A DNA stretch of 64,000 nt. Source: a virus. A program made the translations under genes and the position numbers. Location of the stretch: IMG/VR virus record IMGVR_UViG_3300025732_000019. One strand, 5' to 3'. The notes beneath the pieces were generated by a model. It was not told where the DNA came from. It worked only from the letters and a program-made list of their open reading frames with translations, and made no database searches. Below are positions 9,700-20,501 of the stretch, piece by piece. Every line of letters begins with the position of its first letter. The first letter of the stretch is position 1.

Positions 9700-11523
9700 A
9701 TGCCGTCATTGTATAGACCCATCGTCATTGGATTCGGTCGGTTCAATCCGCCGACGACGGGTCATGCGCAACATATTGAGTTTATTCGCAAACAAGCCGA
9801 GCGGTTGCATGCGGATCATCGCATCTATGCGTCTGTATCGCAGGATCCGAGAAAGAACCCGTTGCCGTTTAGTGAGAAAGTGCGCTTTTTGGAACAACTG
9901 TTCCCACATGCGAAGTTCAGCACGAATGCAGGTGTGCGCACACCATTTGCTGCATTTTCCGAATGTGCAGCGGCAGGCTATACGGATTTGTTCGTTGTGG
10001 TAAGCGGAGAGCGCGTACCGGAGTTTCAACGTTTCGCTAAATACTTTGCGAAGCCTGGCACGCCGGGATACCGTGAAGGATCGTCGATTCCCATGTCGTA
10101 TACGGTAGTCGATTCTGGTCGAAGCATGAACACCGAGCATCGTGTTTCAGGCACACAACAACGTCGATTTGCATCAGACGGAAACTATGCTGCATTTCGA
10201 CAGCACGTGCCAACAACGAGTGATCAAATTGCGAAAAACTTATACCGTAGCGTAAGAGTTCATATGGGATTACACGAAATGTTCAACGTCATATCTGGTC
10301 AGTTTGCCATCAATCTGTTCGAAGCGCACGACACGTATGCCGTCATGGCCATCGAGCACGATAGGGTGGTATGGCAAATGTGGGATGTCGAGAAGAGTGT
10401 AATCACTCTCGCCGCAAAAACAGCACGTGAAAAGCATCCGCATGCGACCGTTTCCGTGGAGAACAAAAGCGGAAAGATCGTCAAGGTGTTCAAGCCGGGC
10501 GAGGCGATTCATGAGGCCAATTCCCCGAACGTGCGCTGTGCTGAATGTGGCGACATTCTAACGCCCAAGGAACGTCAAAAAGCATCCGGCACGTGTGATA
10601 TGTGTGACTTAGAGCATCGCGACAAGATGGATCGCAAGCGGATGTATGAAGACCATATTAAGGTAGGTGACTACGTGCACGCCGGGTTTGCGGTCAAGGG
10701 TGGTGCAGGGTTCTCCGGCCGCGTGGATAAGATCGAGGGCAACCGCGTCTACGTGAACGTCAGCAAAGACAAGTCTGTGCGGATGAAAGATGACCCCAAG
10801 TGGGGCGACCGTATCATTATCGCACCGATGAAAAACGTCACGGTGCAGGAAGCGATTCACGCGACGTTTGGTCAGAAGATGACCGCAGCATCGATTGTCT
10901 ACAAAGCGATCACGGGTGAGCATCGTATTCCGTCGCACCTCGAATCACCGGAAGCATTGGTGAATGCGGCGATACTGGTGTTTGCGGATCCGAATAAGCG
11001 ACTGACACCGGAAGGATGGAAGATTGCCGGGCAAATGCTTCAAAAGATGGATGAACTGGGTGTGAAGTGGAATAAAGCGTCTCTCCGTCCTCTGACCCTT
11101 CGCGCTCTCGGTTTGACGTCGATACACGAAGAACGAATGCCGTTGAAAGGTCATCCGTGGCATCGTAAGAGTGACGAGGAACTTCGGTACATCATTCGCG
11201 ATGCTGGCAAAGCTGCGGAAGCGATGCGTGGCCATAATCGCACGGCGGAAGACAAGTATCGTGACCAAGTGAACGACGCGAGCAGCATTCTCTACTACCG
11301 TCGTAATGGTGGAAAGCGTATCGAAGAGGCCGAAGTCTCCACACCGAAAGAACCGACAGAAGCGGATCGTCTTCGCACAAAACAGCAACAAGAGTTGATC
11401 ACATTGAAACAGCGCCAAGCGAACGATATGATGGCGGCCAAGCTTCGCGATGTACAACAGAAGACACGAGAACAGCAACAGAAACTCAACGCACCGAAGC
11501 CTGCCGCAAAACCGGCATCTTAA
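9700..11523 (+). CDS. cytidyltransferase-like (HIGH nucleotidyltransferase) N-terminal domain fused to several small domains
   Basis: FGRFNPPTTGH, KNPL, VSGT; later CxxC...CxxC, SH3/KOW-like and helical segments. Confidence 0.8.
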   Translation: MPSLYRPIVIGFGRFNPPTTGHAQHIEFIRKQAERLHADHRIYASVSQDPRKNPLPFSEKVRFLEQLFPHAKFSTNAGVRTPFAAFSECAAAGYTDLFVVVSGERVPEFQRFAKYFAKPGTPGYREGSSIPMSYTVVDSGRSMNTEHRVSGTQQRRFASDGNYAAFRQHVPTTSDQIAKNLYRSVRVHMGLHEMFNVISGQFAINLFEAHDTYAVMAIEHDRVVWQMWDVEKSVITLAAKTAREKHPHATVSVENKSGKIVKVFKPGEAIHEANSPNVRCAECGDILTPKERQKASGTCDMCDLEHRDKMDRKRMYEDHIKVGDYVHAGFAVKGGAGFSGRVDKIEGNRVYVNVSKDKSVRMKDDPKWGDRIIIAPMKNVTVQEAIHATFGQKMTAASIVYKAITGEHRIPSHLESPEALVNAAILVFADPNKRLTPEGWKIAGQMLQKMDELGVKWNKASLRPLTLRALGLTSIHEERMPLKGHPWHRKSDEELRYIIRDAGKAAEAMRGHNRTAEDKYRDQVNDASSILYYRRNGGKRIEEAEVSTPKEPTEADRLRTKQQQELITLKQRQANDMMAAKLRDVQQKTREQQQKLNAPKPAAKPAS

Positions 11524-11537
11524 CGAAGGAGTAACAC

Positions 11538-12500
11538 ATGTCTGCATGGGGTGGTAACAGTAACAACGAAAGCAAGCCAAAGTTTCCGTGGATCGTCAAC
11601 GGCGACGGAAAGATGTTTGGCAATAGCTCAACAAACAACAGCGCCAACACGTACGCAACGGAACAGGGATGGGTGTTTCGGTGGCCGTGGGGTGAGGAAG
11701 TGCTTGTCGGCATTGGGCAGTTGGCGACAAACCTTGGCGCGCCGACGATAACTGGTGTGGAACTGGTTTCAGCGGTGTCGAATATCGCATCCGCAAATAT
11801 TCGTTTCCGTCTCGAATGGAACGAACCCGTCACCGTGTCGGGCGGTACACCGTCTATCGTCGCGATTGGTTCGAACGGTGCCGCAAACATCGTATTGACC
11901 TACTCTGCAACGGATTCGGATGCGAACAGCGGTAAGCTGGTGTTCGCAAACACGACACAGAATCTCAACACCGCAGCAAAGGCGGATTGGGCATTCACCG
12001 TCAACTCAACATCAGGTGGCGCCAACTTCACCAACTACGGCGCAATCAAGGATCGCAACAATAGTTCGATTAACATTTCGAGCACATTGGTGGGTTCTGC
12101 GTTGTTGGCCATTGACGCCTACAAGCCTGGTATTGCACCGGGCGGTATCGTCTCCGGCGCAGCACCGTCACCCGCAGCGAACCAGACACTCTCGATCACA
12201 GTCAACTTCAATGAAGCCGTGACAGTGACGGGTTCGCCCAGTGTGGTAGCGGTTTCGAGCAACACAAGCACCATCGCGAACAAGACGCTGGTCTATCATG
12301 CGGCAAGTTCGAACACCACTGCTGGCAACCTTGTGTTCCGTCTGACGGGTATCGATATGACGGGTGCGAACAGTATCGTGTTCACCATCAACGGTTCGTC
12401 AACGCTCGCCAACTGGCCGAACATCGTCGGTATCTCGGGCAACAGCGCACAGAACACACTCGGTGCGTCAGCGAACACCGTCACTGTGGCGGCATCGTAA
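11538..12500 (+). CDS. virion structural protein with two Ig-like repeats
   Basis: YATEQGWV motif; duplicated (W/F)NE.VTV.G.PS...G.LVF; SD AAGGAG. Confidence 0.65.
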   Translation: MSAWGGNSNNESKPKFPWIVNGDGKMFGNSSTNNSANTYATEQGWVFRWPWGEEVLVGIGQLATNLGAPTITGVELVSAVSNIASANIRFRLEWNEPVTVSGGTPSIVAIGSNGAANIVLTYSATDSDANSGKLVFANTTQNLNTAAKADWAFTVNSTSGGANFTNYGAIKDRNNSSINISSTLVGSALLAIDAYKPGIAPGGIVSGAAPSPAANQTLSITVNFNEAVTVTGSPSVVAVSSNTSTIANKTLVYHAASSNTTAGNLVFRLTGIDMTGANSIVFTINGSSTLANWPNIVGISGNSAQNTLGASANTVTVAAS

Positions 12501-12516
12501 TAGCGAGTCTCACGTC

Positions 12517-12852
12517 ATGACACTCTCAATGAAGCAACGTGAACTGTGTCAGGAACTCGGGATTTCGGAGCGGCTGATCGAGGATATCGTATCAGTCGCT
12601 TCGGAACCCGGTCTTCCTTGCCCAGACTGTGAACAATCGCCGTGCAAATGTCAGATTGATGAATTTCCATTTGGATTAGAATCAACGGCCAATCCCGCAA
12701 TTGCGGCACAAGATGCCAAACAGAAGGAAGCCGAACGTGAGAAGAAGTTGAAAGATAAAATGCAGGATACTGTACAAGATGACATGCATCGAAAGTACAA
12801 TGCAAAGCCGGATAAAGTGACACTCTTTCCCTCAACCGATGCGCAAATCTAA
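12517..12852 (+). CDS. hypothetical protein with CxxC-x4-CxC
   Basis: ATG at 12517; coupled to the next gene. Confidence 0.55.
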   Translation: MTLSMKQRELCQELGISERLIEDIVSVASEPGLPCPDCEQSPCKCQIDEFPFGLESTANPAIAAQDAKQKEAEREKKLKDKMQDTVQDDMHRKYNAKPDKVTLFPSTDAQI

Positions 12853-13382
12853 TGCTGATCTCTCACATCTATTGCGATATGGATGGCGTGCTCGCGAATT
12901 TCAAAAGTGCCGCCGAAGATTTTTTTGATATCGATATCGACCGAGACAGTGCTGCATTTGACCGCATTTGGAGTGGTGCGCAAGGTAGTGAACGACTAAA
13001 GAAAGAATGGCCGACATTCTGGATGGATCTCGATCCGATGCCCCATGCGGTCGCCCTCTGGAAAGTCATTAGCCCCTATCATCCGTCTATCCTCACGGCT
13101 ATTCCACAAAATTGGCCGTCGAGCGCAACAGGGAAACTCGTCTGGTGCAAGCGTCACTTACCCAAATTCGGGTATCACCCGCAGCAGACATTTCATGCAG
13201 TGTCGCGCAGTCAAAAGCAGCACTACGCACGTCAAGCTGACGGCACGCCAAATATTCTCATCGACGATTTCACCAAAAATATTCATGAATGGGAACGTGC
13301 CGGTGGGATTGGCATTTTATACACAGATGGAATGACGAGCGTCAATCGCGTCGAAGGTGTACTTCATCGTTTAGATAAATAG
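12852..13382 (+). CDS. HAD-family 5'(3')-deoxyribonucleotidase
   Basis: YCDMDGVL, ILTA, K, ILIDD. Confidence 0.85.
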   Translation: MLISHIYCDMDGVLANFKSAAEDFFDIDIDRDSAAFDRIWSGAQGSERLKKEWPTFWMDLDPMPHAVALWKVISPYHPSILTAIPQNWPSSATGKLVWCKRHLPKFGYHPQQTFHAVSRSQKQHYARQADGTPNILIDDFTKNIHEWERAGGIGILYTDGMTSVNRVEGVLHRLDK

Positions 13383-13405
13383 TCATTGATCACAATGGAG
13401 GCAGT

Positions 13406-13603
13406 ATGTCATCGCATATTTCAGTCAGTGAAGTGGAAGAACGTATCAAGCAGTTGAAGGCGACCGCAGAGCAGCTTGGACAAGAATTACAGAATCTCGA
13501 CGCAGCGCGACAGCAGACATTTTTGCGGGCGCAAATCGTACAGGGTGTGGTCGCGGTGTTAGAAGATCTGGTTCGCACGACTCGCCCCGACGATGGAGTT
13601 TGA
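13406..13603 (+). CDS. small coiled-coil protein
   Basis: SD GGAGG; ATAAATA at 13375. Confidence 0.6.
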   Translation: MSSHISVSEVEERIKQLKATAEQLGQELQNLDAARQQTFLRAQIVQGVVAVLEDLVRTTRPDDGV

Positions 13604-13988
13604 ACAACTAACACCCAAGAATGCGATTCTCTACGCGACGCGTATGTATGATAATCCGCAATGTATCTCTTTTGATGAGTTTGCGGAAGATTATAAGCGG
13701 TTCAAGTATATCAAACGACTGTGCCGCCGGTATGTGTTGTCAAAGCAATTGAGCGAACGGCTGATTCTGAATCATATCATTGGGTTAGTGAATGTGTTTG
13801 GCCCTGAAGCCACCGTGCGATTGTTGTTTGTGAAATGCGACAACGAGCGCACCTATCGTGTGTTAAAACCGTTTCTGTCATATCTCGCAATACTGCCTGA
13901 TGTGATTGTCGGTATCAACGGATATGATATCATCACACGTGATATACCAAATGATGAGCGGATTTGGAAAAAACTACGAGAACTCTAA
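13593..13988 (+). CDS. conserved T4-like hypothetical protein
   Basis: YDNPQC...EF.EDYKRFKYIKRL...RLILNHII...NVFG. Confidence 0.7.
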   Translation: MEFEQLTPKNAILYATRMYDNPQCISFDEFAEDYKRFKYIKRLCRRYVLSKQLSERLILNHIIGLVNVFGPEATVRLLFVKCDNERTYRVLKPFLSYLAILPDVIVGINGYDIITRDIPNDERIWKKLREL

Positions 13989-14896
13989 TGTCTTTACTTC
14001 CACGTCTTCAACGTATCCTTCGTGAATCGCCGGCGATTCTCGATAAGCCCACACGAACGCCTCAAGAAATTGCCGACAAGCACGGCGTGCCTCTTGCGGA
14101 TATCGAAGCACAATTGAAAAAGGGTATTGCTGTCGAGAAGGAACATACATCAGACGAAGCGATTGCTCGGGAGATTGCGCTCGATCATCTTTCAGAAATG
14201 CCCGACTATTACGATAAACTGGCGAAGGTCGAAGAAACAGTTGCGAGGGTTCCCGGTCGATTACCAGAACGAGGAATGATGCCTTCACCCTTTCCAGTTA
14301 CTAACTACCATATTCCGCTACACCAGAATTTTGTCAATGCCCCCGTCCGCCGCGTTTCTCTCCACGATCTTCACGCAACACAACGCACCGTCGATGCGGA
14401 TAACGTCAGACGGTTTATCGACGACCCTACGCTTGGCGGAAAACCCATCGTCGCGAATCTTGACGGCACCCTGACCATTGTAGACGGGCATCATCGTCTT
14501 ACCGCGGCCAAATTGCGTGGTGAAACGTATGCACTCGCGCATGTTGTTGAGGATGCACCAGCGATGGCCGCGGGTCACGGAGCTATTGCAGGGATTGGCG
14601 TGGGCCCAAAGGGTGAACCTGGCGTCATGCTTCCGCGTAAGAAGCGCGTCGATGAAGCCGTCGCGGATACCTTCGGAAACGCGGATGTATTTGATGTCGA
14701 TATGGATTTGGTCATGAACGTACGCGACCCCAAAAAAAATTGGGAACGGTATTCCAAATACGTAGGCATCGATGAAGTCGGTGAAGATATTCGTGCGCAT
14801 GCTCGCAAGCACTGGAAGCGCGACATTATTCTTCGCGACAGTAAGACGGGTGTTATGCGGTTTTTGCGTCGTCGGCAACCTCGCGTGGTGAAGTAA
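13988..14896 (+). CDS. multidomain protein: GIxVEKEHT domain plus ParB/Srx-like domain
   Basis: GIAVEKEHT...IALDHL.E.PDYY; ATQ...IVDGHHRL; TAATG overlap. Confidence 0.7.
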   Translation: MSLLPRLQRILRESPAILDKPTRTPQEIADKHGVPLADIEAQLKKGIAVEKEHTSDEAIAREIALDHLSEMPDYYDKLAKVEETVARVPGRLPERGMMPSPFPVTNYHIPLHQNFVNAPVRRVSLHDLHATQRTVDADNVRRFIDDPTLGGKPIVANLDGTLTIVDGHHRLTAAKLRGETYALAHVVEDAPAMAAGHGAIAGIGVGPKGEPGVMLPRKKRVDEAVADTFGNADVFDVDMDLVMNVRDPKKNWERYSKYVGIDEVGEDIRAHARKHWKRDIILRDSKTGVMRFLRRRQPRVVK

Positions 14897-15381
14897 TGGA
14901 TAACGGATTTGCCGCGCTGCTCGGTTCATTGACAGGATTCTCGGCGAGTTTGGTGCCGCATCTTATCGATCTGTATCGTTCGTATCAAAGTCATACGTAT
15001 AAGATGGAAGAACGTCAGCAAGAGTTGCAAGCTGCGGAAGCGAACTACAAGTTTCAAATAGAGAAAAGCAATACCACGGCCAGTACCGCAGAACTGAAAG
15101 CACTGTTGGCACACGACGAAAATCTGACTAGCAGTAAATGGCTACAAGATCTTCGTGCTAGTGTACGCCCGGTCGTAACGTATATATTCATGCTGTTGTT
15201 CGTATTTGTCAAAGTAGCATCGTTTATTCATTTTGCTAACGATCCTCGGATTGACGTGACGACCGCCGTCACATTATTATGGGATACGGAAACTATTGCG
15301 CTGTTTTCCGCAGTGCTTTCATTTTGGTTCGGGTCGCGTGCGATGGATAGTTATCGCTTATCGACCCGCATTAAGAAGTAA
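14896..15381 (+). CDS. 3TM holin-like membrane protein
   Basis: RASVRPVVTY...SFWFGSR and TM helices. Confidence 0.65.
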   Translation: MDNGFAALLGSLTGFSASLVPHLIDLYRSYQSHTYKMEERQQELQAAEANYKFQIEKSNTTASTAELKALLAHDENLTSSKWLQDLRASVRPVVTYIFMLLFVFVKVASFIHFANDPRIDVTTAVTLLWDTETIALFSAVLSFWFGSRAMDSYRLSTRIKK

Positions 15382-15386
15382 ACTAT

Positions 15387-15845
15387 ATGACGACTCGACG
15401 CTCGGCACGTGCTCGATACCCTCGCGACATTGATTTGGCCACAGAATTGGAAATCGCGAAGCAAGTAGAAACGACGGAAGAAAAAGTCATGAAGAGACTT
15501 GACGAATCGGTGGTGCGATTCGAAACCGTCACACACGAGATGCGAGAAAAGCAAACGTCAGACAGAGCCTATCTTACGGAAAGCGTACAAACCGTGGAAC
15601 GCAACCTCACCGAAAAAATCGAAACCGAAACAAAGCGCCTCACCGCACATTTTGATTCCGCTATCGCCAAGCTCGATGCAAAATGGAGTCAGCAAGTACA
15701 GGAACTGGAAACCCGCGATAGAAATATCGAAAAGCGCGTGGGCCTGCTAGAAAATTGGCGTTGGCTATTGGTTGGTGGTGGAGTGGTCGTATTGTGGATC
15801 GTATCGCAGATCATTCTCGATAAAATTGTGCACACTCCACAGTAA
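15387..15845 (+). CDS. coiled-coil protein with C-terminal TM anchor
   Basis: RVGLLENWRW followed by a hydrophobic tail. Confidence 0.65.
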   Translation: MTTRRSARARYPRDIDLATELEIAKQVETTEEKVMKRLDESVVRFETVTHEMREKQTSDRAYLTESVQTVERNLTEKIETETKRLTAHFDSAIAKLDAKWSQQVQELETRDRNIEKRVGLLENWRWLLVGGGVVVLWIVSQIILDKIVHTPQ

Positions 15846-15868
15846 ACTGTGGTATACTGCATTTTACT

Positions 15869-16888
15869 ATGTCGTTGTGGCGTGATAAAAAATATGTGAA
15901 CCTTCTCGCTGCTCAGTTGCCACGGTTTCGTTGGAAATCGTCTACGATTGCCAATTGCCGATGTGTCTTGTGCGGCGACTCCGCAAAAAGTCAACTCAAA
16001 GCACGCGGCTATTTCTTCCCACACAAGCAATCCTATCTGTATAAATGCCACGATTGTGGTGTGTCGATTCCGTTGGCGGCGTTTCTCTATCGCGTGTCGC
16101 GACAGTTGCATCACGAATATGTTATGGAGAAATGGAAAGACGATGCACCAGAGGTAGTTCCGGCCTCCACACCATCACAGACCGTCTTTACGCCATCTCG
16201 GGTGTTTACACAGCCGAAAGAGATGGAGCAACTATCGGCATCCGTGCTCTCTCCAGAATTGATTGCGGTTCGAGAATTCGTCGAACATCGACAGATACCC
16301 GCATCCGCATTGAAGTATTTGTATGGCACCACACACGCGCACACGTTTCTGCAACCCCTCGTCGGCGATGCGAAAGCCGCCGCAGTCAAGGATGGCCTTT
16401 CCTATCTGGTGATTCCCCTGTGCCTTCCAAACGGCACATGGTATGGTGCACAGTTTCGACTGTTGACACGAAAAGAATATTTGACGTTTCGTTGGGGGCA
16501 CGATCGACTGCGCGTCTTTGGATTGCAGTATTGCAATCTCACACAACCCGTGTATTGCGTCGAAGGCCCGCTCGATGCACTCTGCCTACCCAATGCGTTA
16601 GCAATGTGCGGATCGGATTTGCAGGGAGGCGTCGATGCGCTTCGTGCAGAAGGTCTTGAACCGAAACGCTATGTATTGGTGTGGGATAATGAACCTCGAA
16701 ATACTTCCGTGCGCGCATTGATTACGAAGGCCGTACACAAGGGTGAGCCCGTTGTCATTTGGCCACCGGCACTTCCCAAAGATGTGAATGAAATGGTGCA
16801 GCATGGAATCGACGCGATTGCTCTTATTCGCGCACATACATATCAAGGTATTCGAGCAGAATTGGAGTTACAGCAATGGCAGAAGTGA
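15869..16888 (+). CDS. gp61: DNA primase (gp61)
   Basis: Zn finger CVLCGDS...YKCHDCG; TOPRIM VEGPLD, WDNEPRN, KDVNEM. Confidence 0.93.
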   Translation: MSLWRDKKYVNLLAAQLPRFRWKSSTIANCRCVLCGDSAKSQLKARGYFFPHKQSYLYKCHDCGVSIPLAAFLYRVSRQLHHEYVMEKWKDDAPEVVPASTPSQTVFTPSRVFTQPKEMEQLSASVLSPELIAVREFVEHRQIPASALKYLYGTTHAHTFLQPLVGDAKAAAVKDGLSYLVIPLCLPNGTWYGAQFRLLTRKEYLTFRWGHDRLRVFGLQYCNLTQPVYCVEGPLDALCLPNALAMCGSDLQGGVDALRAEGLEPKRYVLVWDNEPRNTSVRALITKAVHKGEPVVIWPPALPKDVNEMVQHGIDAIALIRAHTYQGIRAELELQQWQK

Positions 16889-17790
16889 AAAATGATAACG
16901 GTATTCTTCGGTTCGCACACACCGCAGATAAGTTTGGTGCCCGACCGGAGAACCCGGACACCGCATTGGCATCAATGCCTGTGCATGACAACGGTCATGT
17001 CGCGCTGCTCTCTGTATATGGCAGTGATGAGTTGATTGTTGATGCCGCACGTATCAGTTATGGAAAAGGCACAAAATCTACACGCAGCACTGCGGCACTC
17101 ATTCGATATCTGTTGCGACACAAGCACACCAGCCCATTCGAACAAGCAGAAGTGACGTTTGTGCTTCGTGCACCCATCTTCGTTGTGCGTCAACTGATTC
17201 GACATCGCACCGCGAATGTCAATGAGTACAGTGCGCGGTACAGCGAATTATCGAATGAGTTTTATCTACCCGGTCGCACCCATTTAGCCGAGCAATCAAA
17301 GACGAACAAGCAAGGTCGTCAAAAGAAGAGTCTGGAAGACCGTCATGATGCGGTGCAGATGGAGTTCGTGCAAGCGCAACAGAACGGCATCGATACGTAT
17401 CAGCGTCTCCTCACAAAGCACAATGTCGCTAGAGAACTCGCACGTGTCGTCACCAGTGTCGGCACCTACACGGAACTCTATTGGAAGTGCGATCTACATA
17501 ACTTCATGCACTTCTTGAACCTTCGCATGGATGAACATGCTCAGCAAGAAATTCGCGACTATGCAAATATTATGTATCAGTGCGCTCTTCCGTTTTTTCC
17601 GATCTCGTTTCAAGCGTGGAATGACTACGTGCGAAACAGCTACACCCTGAGTGCTGCGGAGCGGCGAATGTTGGGGGACATTCTTCGCGCCCACGTGACC
17701 ACGAATACTGCGTGGCCTACCAACACATATGGGATGTCAGATCGGGAATATGCAGAGTTCAAATCGTTTTTAGATCTCACATTAGTATAA
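16876..17790 (+). CDS. thyX: flavin-dependent thymidylate synthase
   Basis: AARISY, HTSPFE, RHRTANVNEYSARY signature, HAQQEIR. Confidence 0.95.
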   Translation: MAEVKNDNGILRFAHTADKFGARPENPDTALASMPVHDNGHVALLSVYGSDELIVDAARISYGKGTKSTRSTAALIRYLLRHKHTSPFEQAEVTFVLRAPIFVVRQLIRHRTANVNEYSARYSELSNEFYLPGRTHLAEQSKTNKQGRQKKSLEDRHDAVQMEFVQAQQNGIDTYQRLLTKHNVARELARVVTSVGTYTELYWKCDLHNFMHFLNLRMDEHAQQEIRDYANIMYQCALPFFPISFQAWNDYVRNSYTLSAAERRMLGDILRAHVTTNTAWPTNTYGMSDREYAEFKSFLDLTLV

Positions 17791-17879
17791 ATGTGTGCAT
17801 AAGGATGTCAATGTAATCAAATGGGATCTTGATCATCAACAGTTTTTAGATTTATGTAAAATCATCACGGAGAGAAACA

Positions 17880-19829
17880 ATGCAAGAGAATAAAGACGAG
17901 TTTGGCATGACACCCTATATGCAGTTTATCCATCTTTCTCGTTATGCGCGGTGGAATCCACAAGAAAACCGTCGTGAAACATGGCAAGAAACCATTACAC
18001 GATATTTTGACTTCTTTGCGAAACATCTCAAGGAACATTACAAATATACGTTATCCGATGCGTTGCGAAAAGAACTTGAAACCGCAGTCTTGAAACTGGA
18101 TGTGATGCCTTCAATGCGGTGTCTCATGACCGCGGGTGAAGCATTAGAACGCGAGAACGTCGCAGGCTATAACTGCTCCTACGTCGCAATCGATTCACCA
18201 CGTGCATTTGACGAGATCTTGTACATTCTCATGAACGGTACCGGCGTCGGGTTCAGCGTCGAGTCACAATGTGTTGACCAGTTACCAAAGATCGCGGATG
18301 AGTTTCATGATACGGAAACATGTCTTATCGTGCGTGATAGTAAGCTCGGGTGGGCGAAAGCGTTCAAAGAACTGATCGCAATGCTGTATGCAGGGCAGAT
18401 TCCCACGTGGGATGTAAGTCGTGTGCGCCCAGCAGGAACGCCGTTGAAGACATTTGGTGGTCGTGCGAGTGGCCCGGAACCGTTGGTGGAACTCTTTAAG
18501 TTCTGTGTGCGCGTATTTCGTGCGGCGGCCGGGCGTCGATTGACGACGCTCGAATGCCACGATATTGTCTGCAAGATCGCGGAAATCGTCGTCGTCGGTG
18601 GCGTGCGACGCAGTGCGCTGATCTCCCTGTCAGATTTGTATGATGACAGAATGCGCCACGCGAAGAACGGCGAATGGTGGAACATGAACTCCCATCGTGC
18701 GCTGTCGAATAACAGCTACGTAGCGCATCGCGAACGCCCCACGCTGACGACATTCATCGATGAGTGGAAGGCGCTCTATGAGAGCAAGAGCGGGGAACGT
18801 GGTGTGTTCTCTCGGTACGGGGCGAAGCAGCAAGCAGAAAAAACCGGTCGGCGCAATGCGGAACATGATTTTGGCACCAATCCGTGCTCGGAGATCATTC
18901 TGCGCAGCCGTGAGTTCTGCAATCTGTCGGAAGTCGTCGTTCGCGCAGACGATACCCTCGACACACTGAAGAACAAAGTGCGGTTGGCCACGATTCTTGG
19001 CACCTTTCAGTCAACATTGACAAACTTCAACTACATCAATAAAGACTGGAAGCGCAACTGCGACGAAGAGCGATTGCTTGGCGTTTCGCTGACCGGTATC
19101 ATGGATAGCAAACTAACCAACGGCACTGAGAAGAACCTCGAAACGCGATTGCAGGAACTGAAGCGCGTGGCCATCGAGACGAACGAACAGTTTGCCGCAA
19201 CGCTCAAGATTCCGCAGAGTGCTGCGATTACGTGCGTCAAGCCGTCAGGAACGGTGTCAAACCTTGTCGATAGCGCCTCTGGCATTCATGCTCGACACTC
19301 CGAATACTACATTCGTACCGTGCGGGCGGATAAGAAAGATCCGTTGGCGCAGATGATGATCGATGCAGGATTCTCTGCAGAGCCCGATGTAATGCGCCCT
19401 GAGCACACATGGGTGTTCTCCTTCCCACAGAAGTCGCCCAAAGGTGCGATCACGCGTCATCAGCGTTCCGCGATTCAGCAGTTAGAGTTTTGGAAAGTGT
19501 ATCAGGACAACTGGTGTGAACATAAGCCGAGTGCGACTATCTACGTCAAGGAAGACGAATGGCTCGACGTCGGCGCGTGGATCTATCGCAATTTCGATAG
19601 CGTGTCAGGGCTGTCGTTTCTTCCGAACTCGGAGCACATTTATCAGCAGGCCCCCTATCAAGACATCACTAAAGTGGAATATGACGAATGGGTGAAAAAG
19701 ATGCCCAAGAACGTAGATTGGTCGCGGTTGTCAGACTATGAAAAGGCGGATAACACGACGGGTGCACAAGAACTCGCGTGTAGCGCGGGAGTATGCGATA
19801 TAGTTGACATCACCTCGCAACGCTCATAA
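17880..19829 (+). CDS. nrdJ: class II (B12-dependent) ribonucleotide reductase
   Basis: NCSY, GGVRRSA, TNPCSEI, CNLSEV, KPSGT, C-terminal CSAGVC; no beta-subunit gene nearby. Confidence 0.88.
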   Translation: MQENKDEFGMTPYMQFIHLSRYARWNPQENRRETWQETITRYFDFFAKHLKEHYKYTLSDALRKELETAVLKLDVMPSMRCLMTAGEALERENVAGYNCSYVAIDSPRAFDEILYILMNGTGVGFSVESQCVDQLPKIADEFHDTETCLIVRDSKLGWAKAFKELIAMLYAGQIPTWDVSRVRPAGTPLKTFGGRASGPEPLVELFKFCVRVFRAAAGRRLTTLECHDIVCKIAEIVVVGGVRRSALISLSDLYDDRMRHAKNGEWWNMNSHRALSNNSYVAHRERPTLTTFIDEWKALYESKSGERGVFSRYGAKQQAEKTGRRNAEHDFGTNPCSEIILRSREFCNLSEVVVRADDTLDTLKNKVRLATILGTFQSTLTNFNYINKDWKRNCDEERLLGVSLTGIMDSKLTNGTEKNLETRLQELKRVAIETNEQFAATLKIPQSAAITCVKPSGTVSNLVDSASGIHARHSEYYIRTVRADKKDPLAQMMIDAGFSAEPDVMRPEHTWVFSFPQKSPKGAITRHQRSAIQQLEFWKVYQDNWCEHKPSATIYVKEDEWLDVGAWIYRNFDSVSGLSFLPNSEHIYQQAPYQDITKVEYDEWVKKMPKNVDWSRLSDYEKADNTTGAQELACSAGVCDIVDITSQRS

Positions 19830-19898
19830 TGCCTGAGAACATGTGTGACGTGTGTATCCGGAGTATGTGAAATATAAGTTTCCCTAAATAGATTGCAT

Positions 19899-20474
19899 AT
19901 GTCACAAGCCGTAAAGGGAAACAAACTACCCATTTTCCGTGGTCACGACTATACCGGAGAAAAAATCGGACGTTGGTTGGTTCTGGGCCAATCGCGCTGT
20001 GAACGATATCCTACCGGAAGGAATTATCGTACAAAATGGTTGTGTCGCTGTGATTGTGGTACTGAAAAATGGATAACTAAGGAAAGCCTTACAAAAGGAA
20101 AAAGTAAGGGATGCTATTCCTGTTCGGTCGAAAATAGTTTCGGAGAAAACAATCCCAATTGGAAGGGAGACGGGGTTGTATCTGGTTCATATTGGTATCG
20201 TATGATACATAGTGCGGAATATCGAAACATCGAAGTTTCCGTAAGCATTGAAAATTTGAACGAGATATGGACGGGTTATTGTGTTTTAACCGGATGGCCT
20301 ATTTCAACCGAAGATGGAACCGCATCCCTCGACAGGATCGACAGCGATGCGGGATATGTGCCCGGTAACATTCAATGGGTTCATAAAGACGTCAACATGA
20401 TGAAAAATCACTTTCCCGAATCACGGTTCATCGAAGTATGCCAAGCGGTAAATGTGCACCTCACCAAACCCTAA
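19899..20474 (+). mobile_element. free-standing HNH homing endonuclease
   Basis: WLCRCDCG N-terminal domain; SLDRIDS..GY..GNIQWV...N; AT-rich; inserted after nrdJ. Confidence 0.75.
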
Positions 20475-20501
20475 ATATCTCTATGTTCCAAGGAGAGATA
20501 C

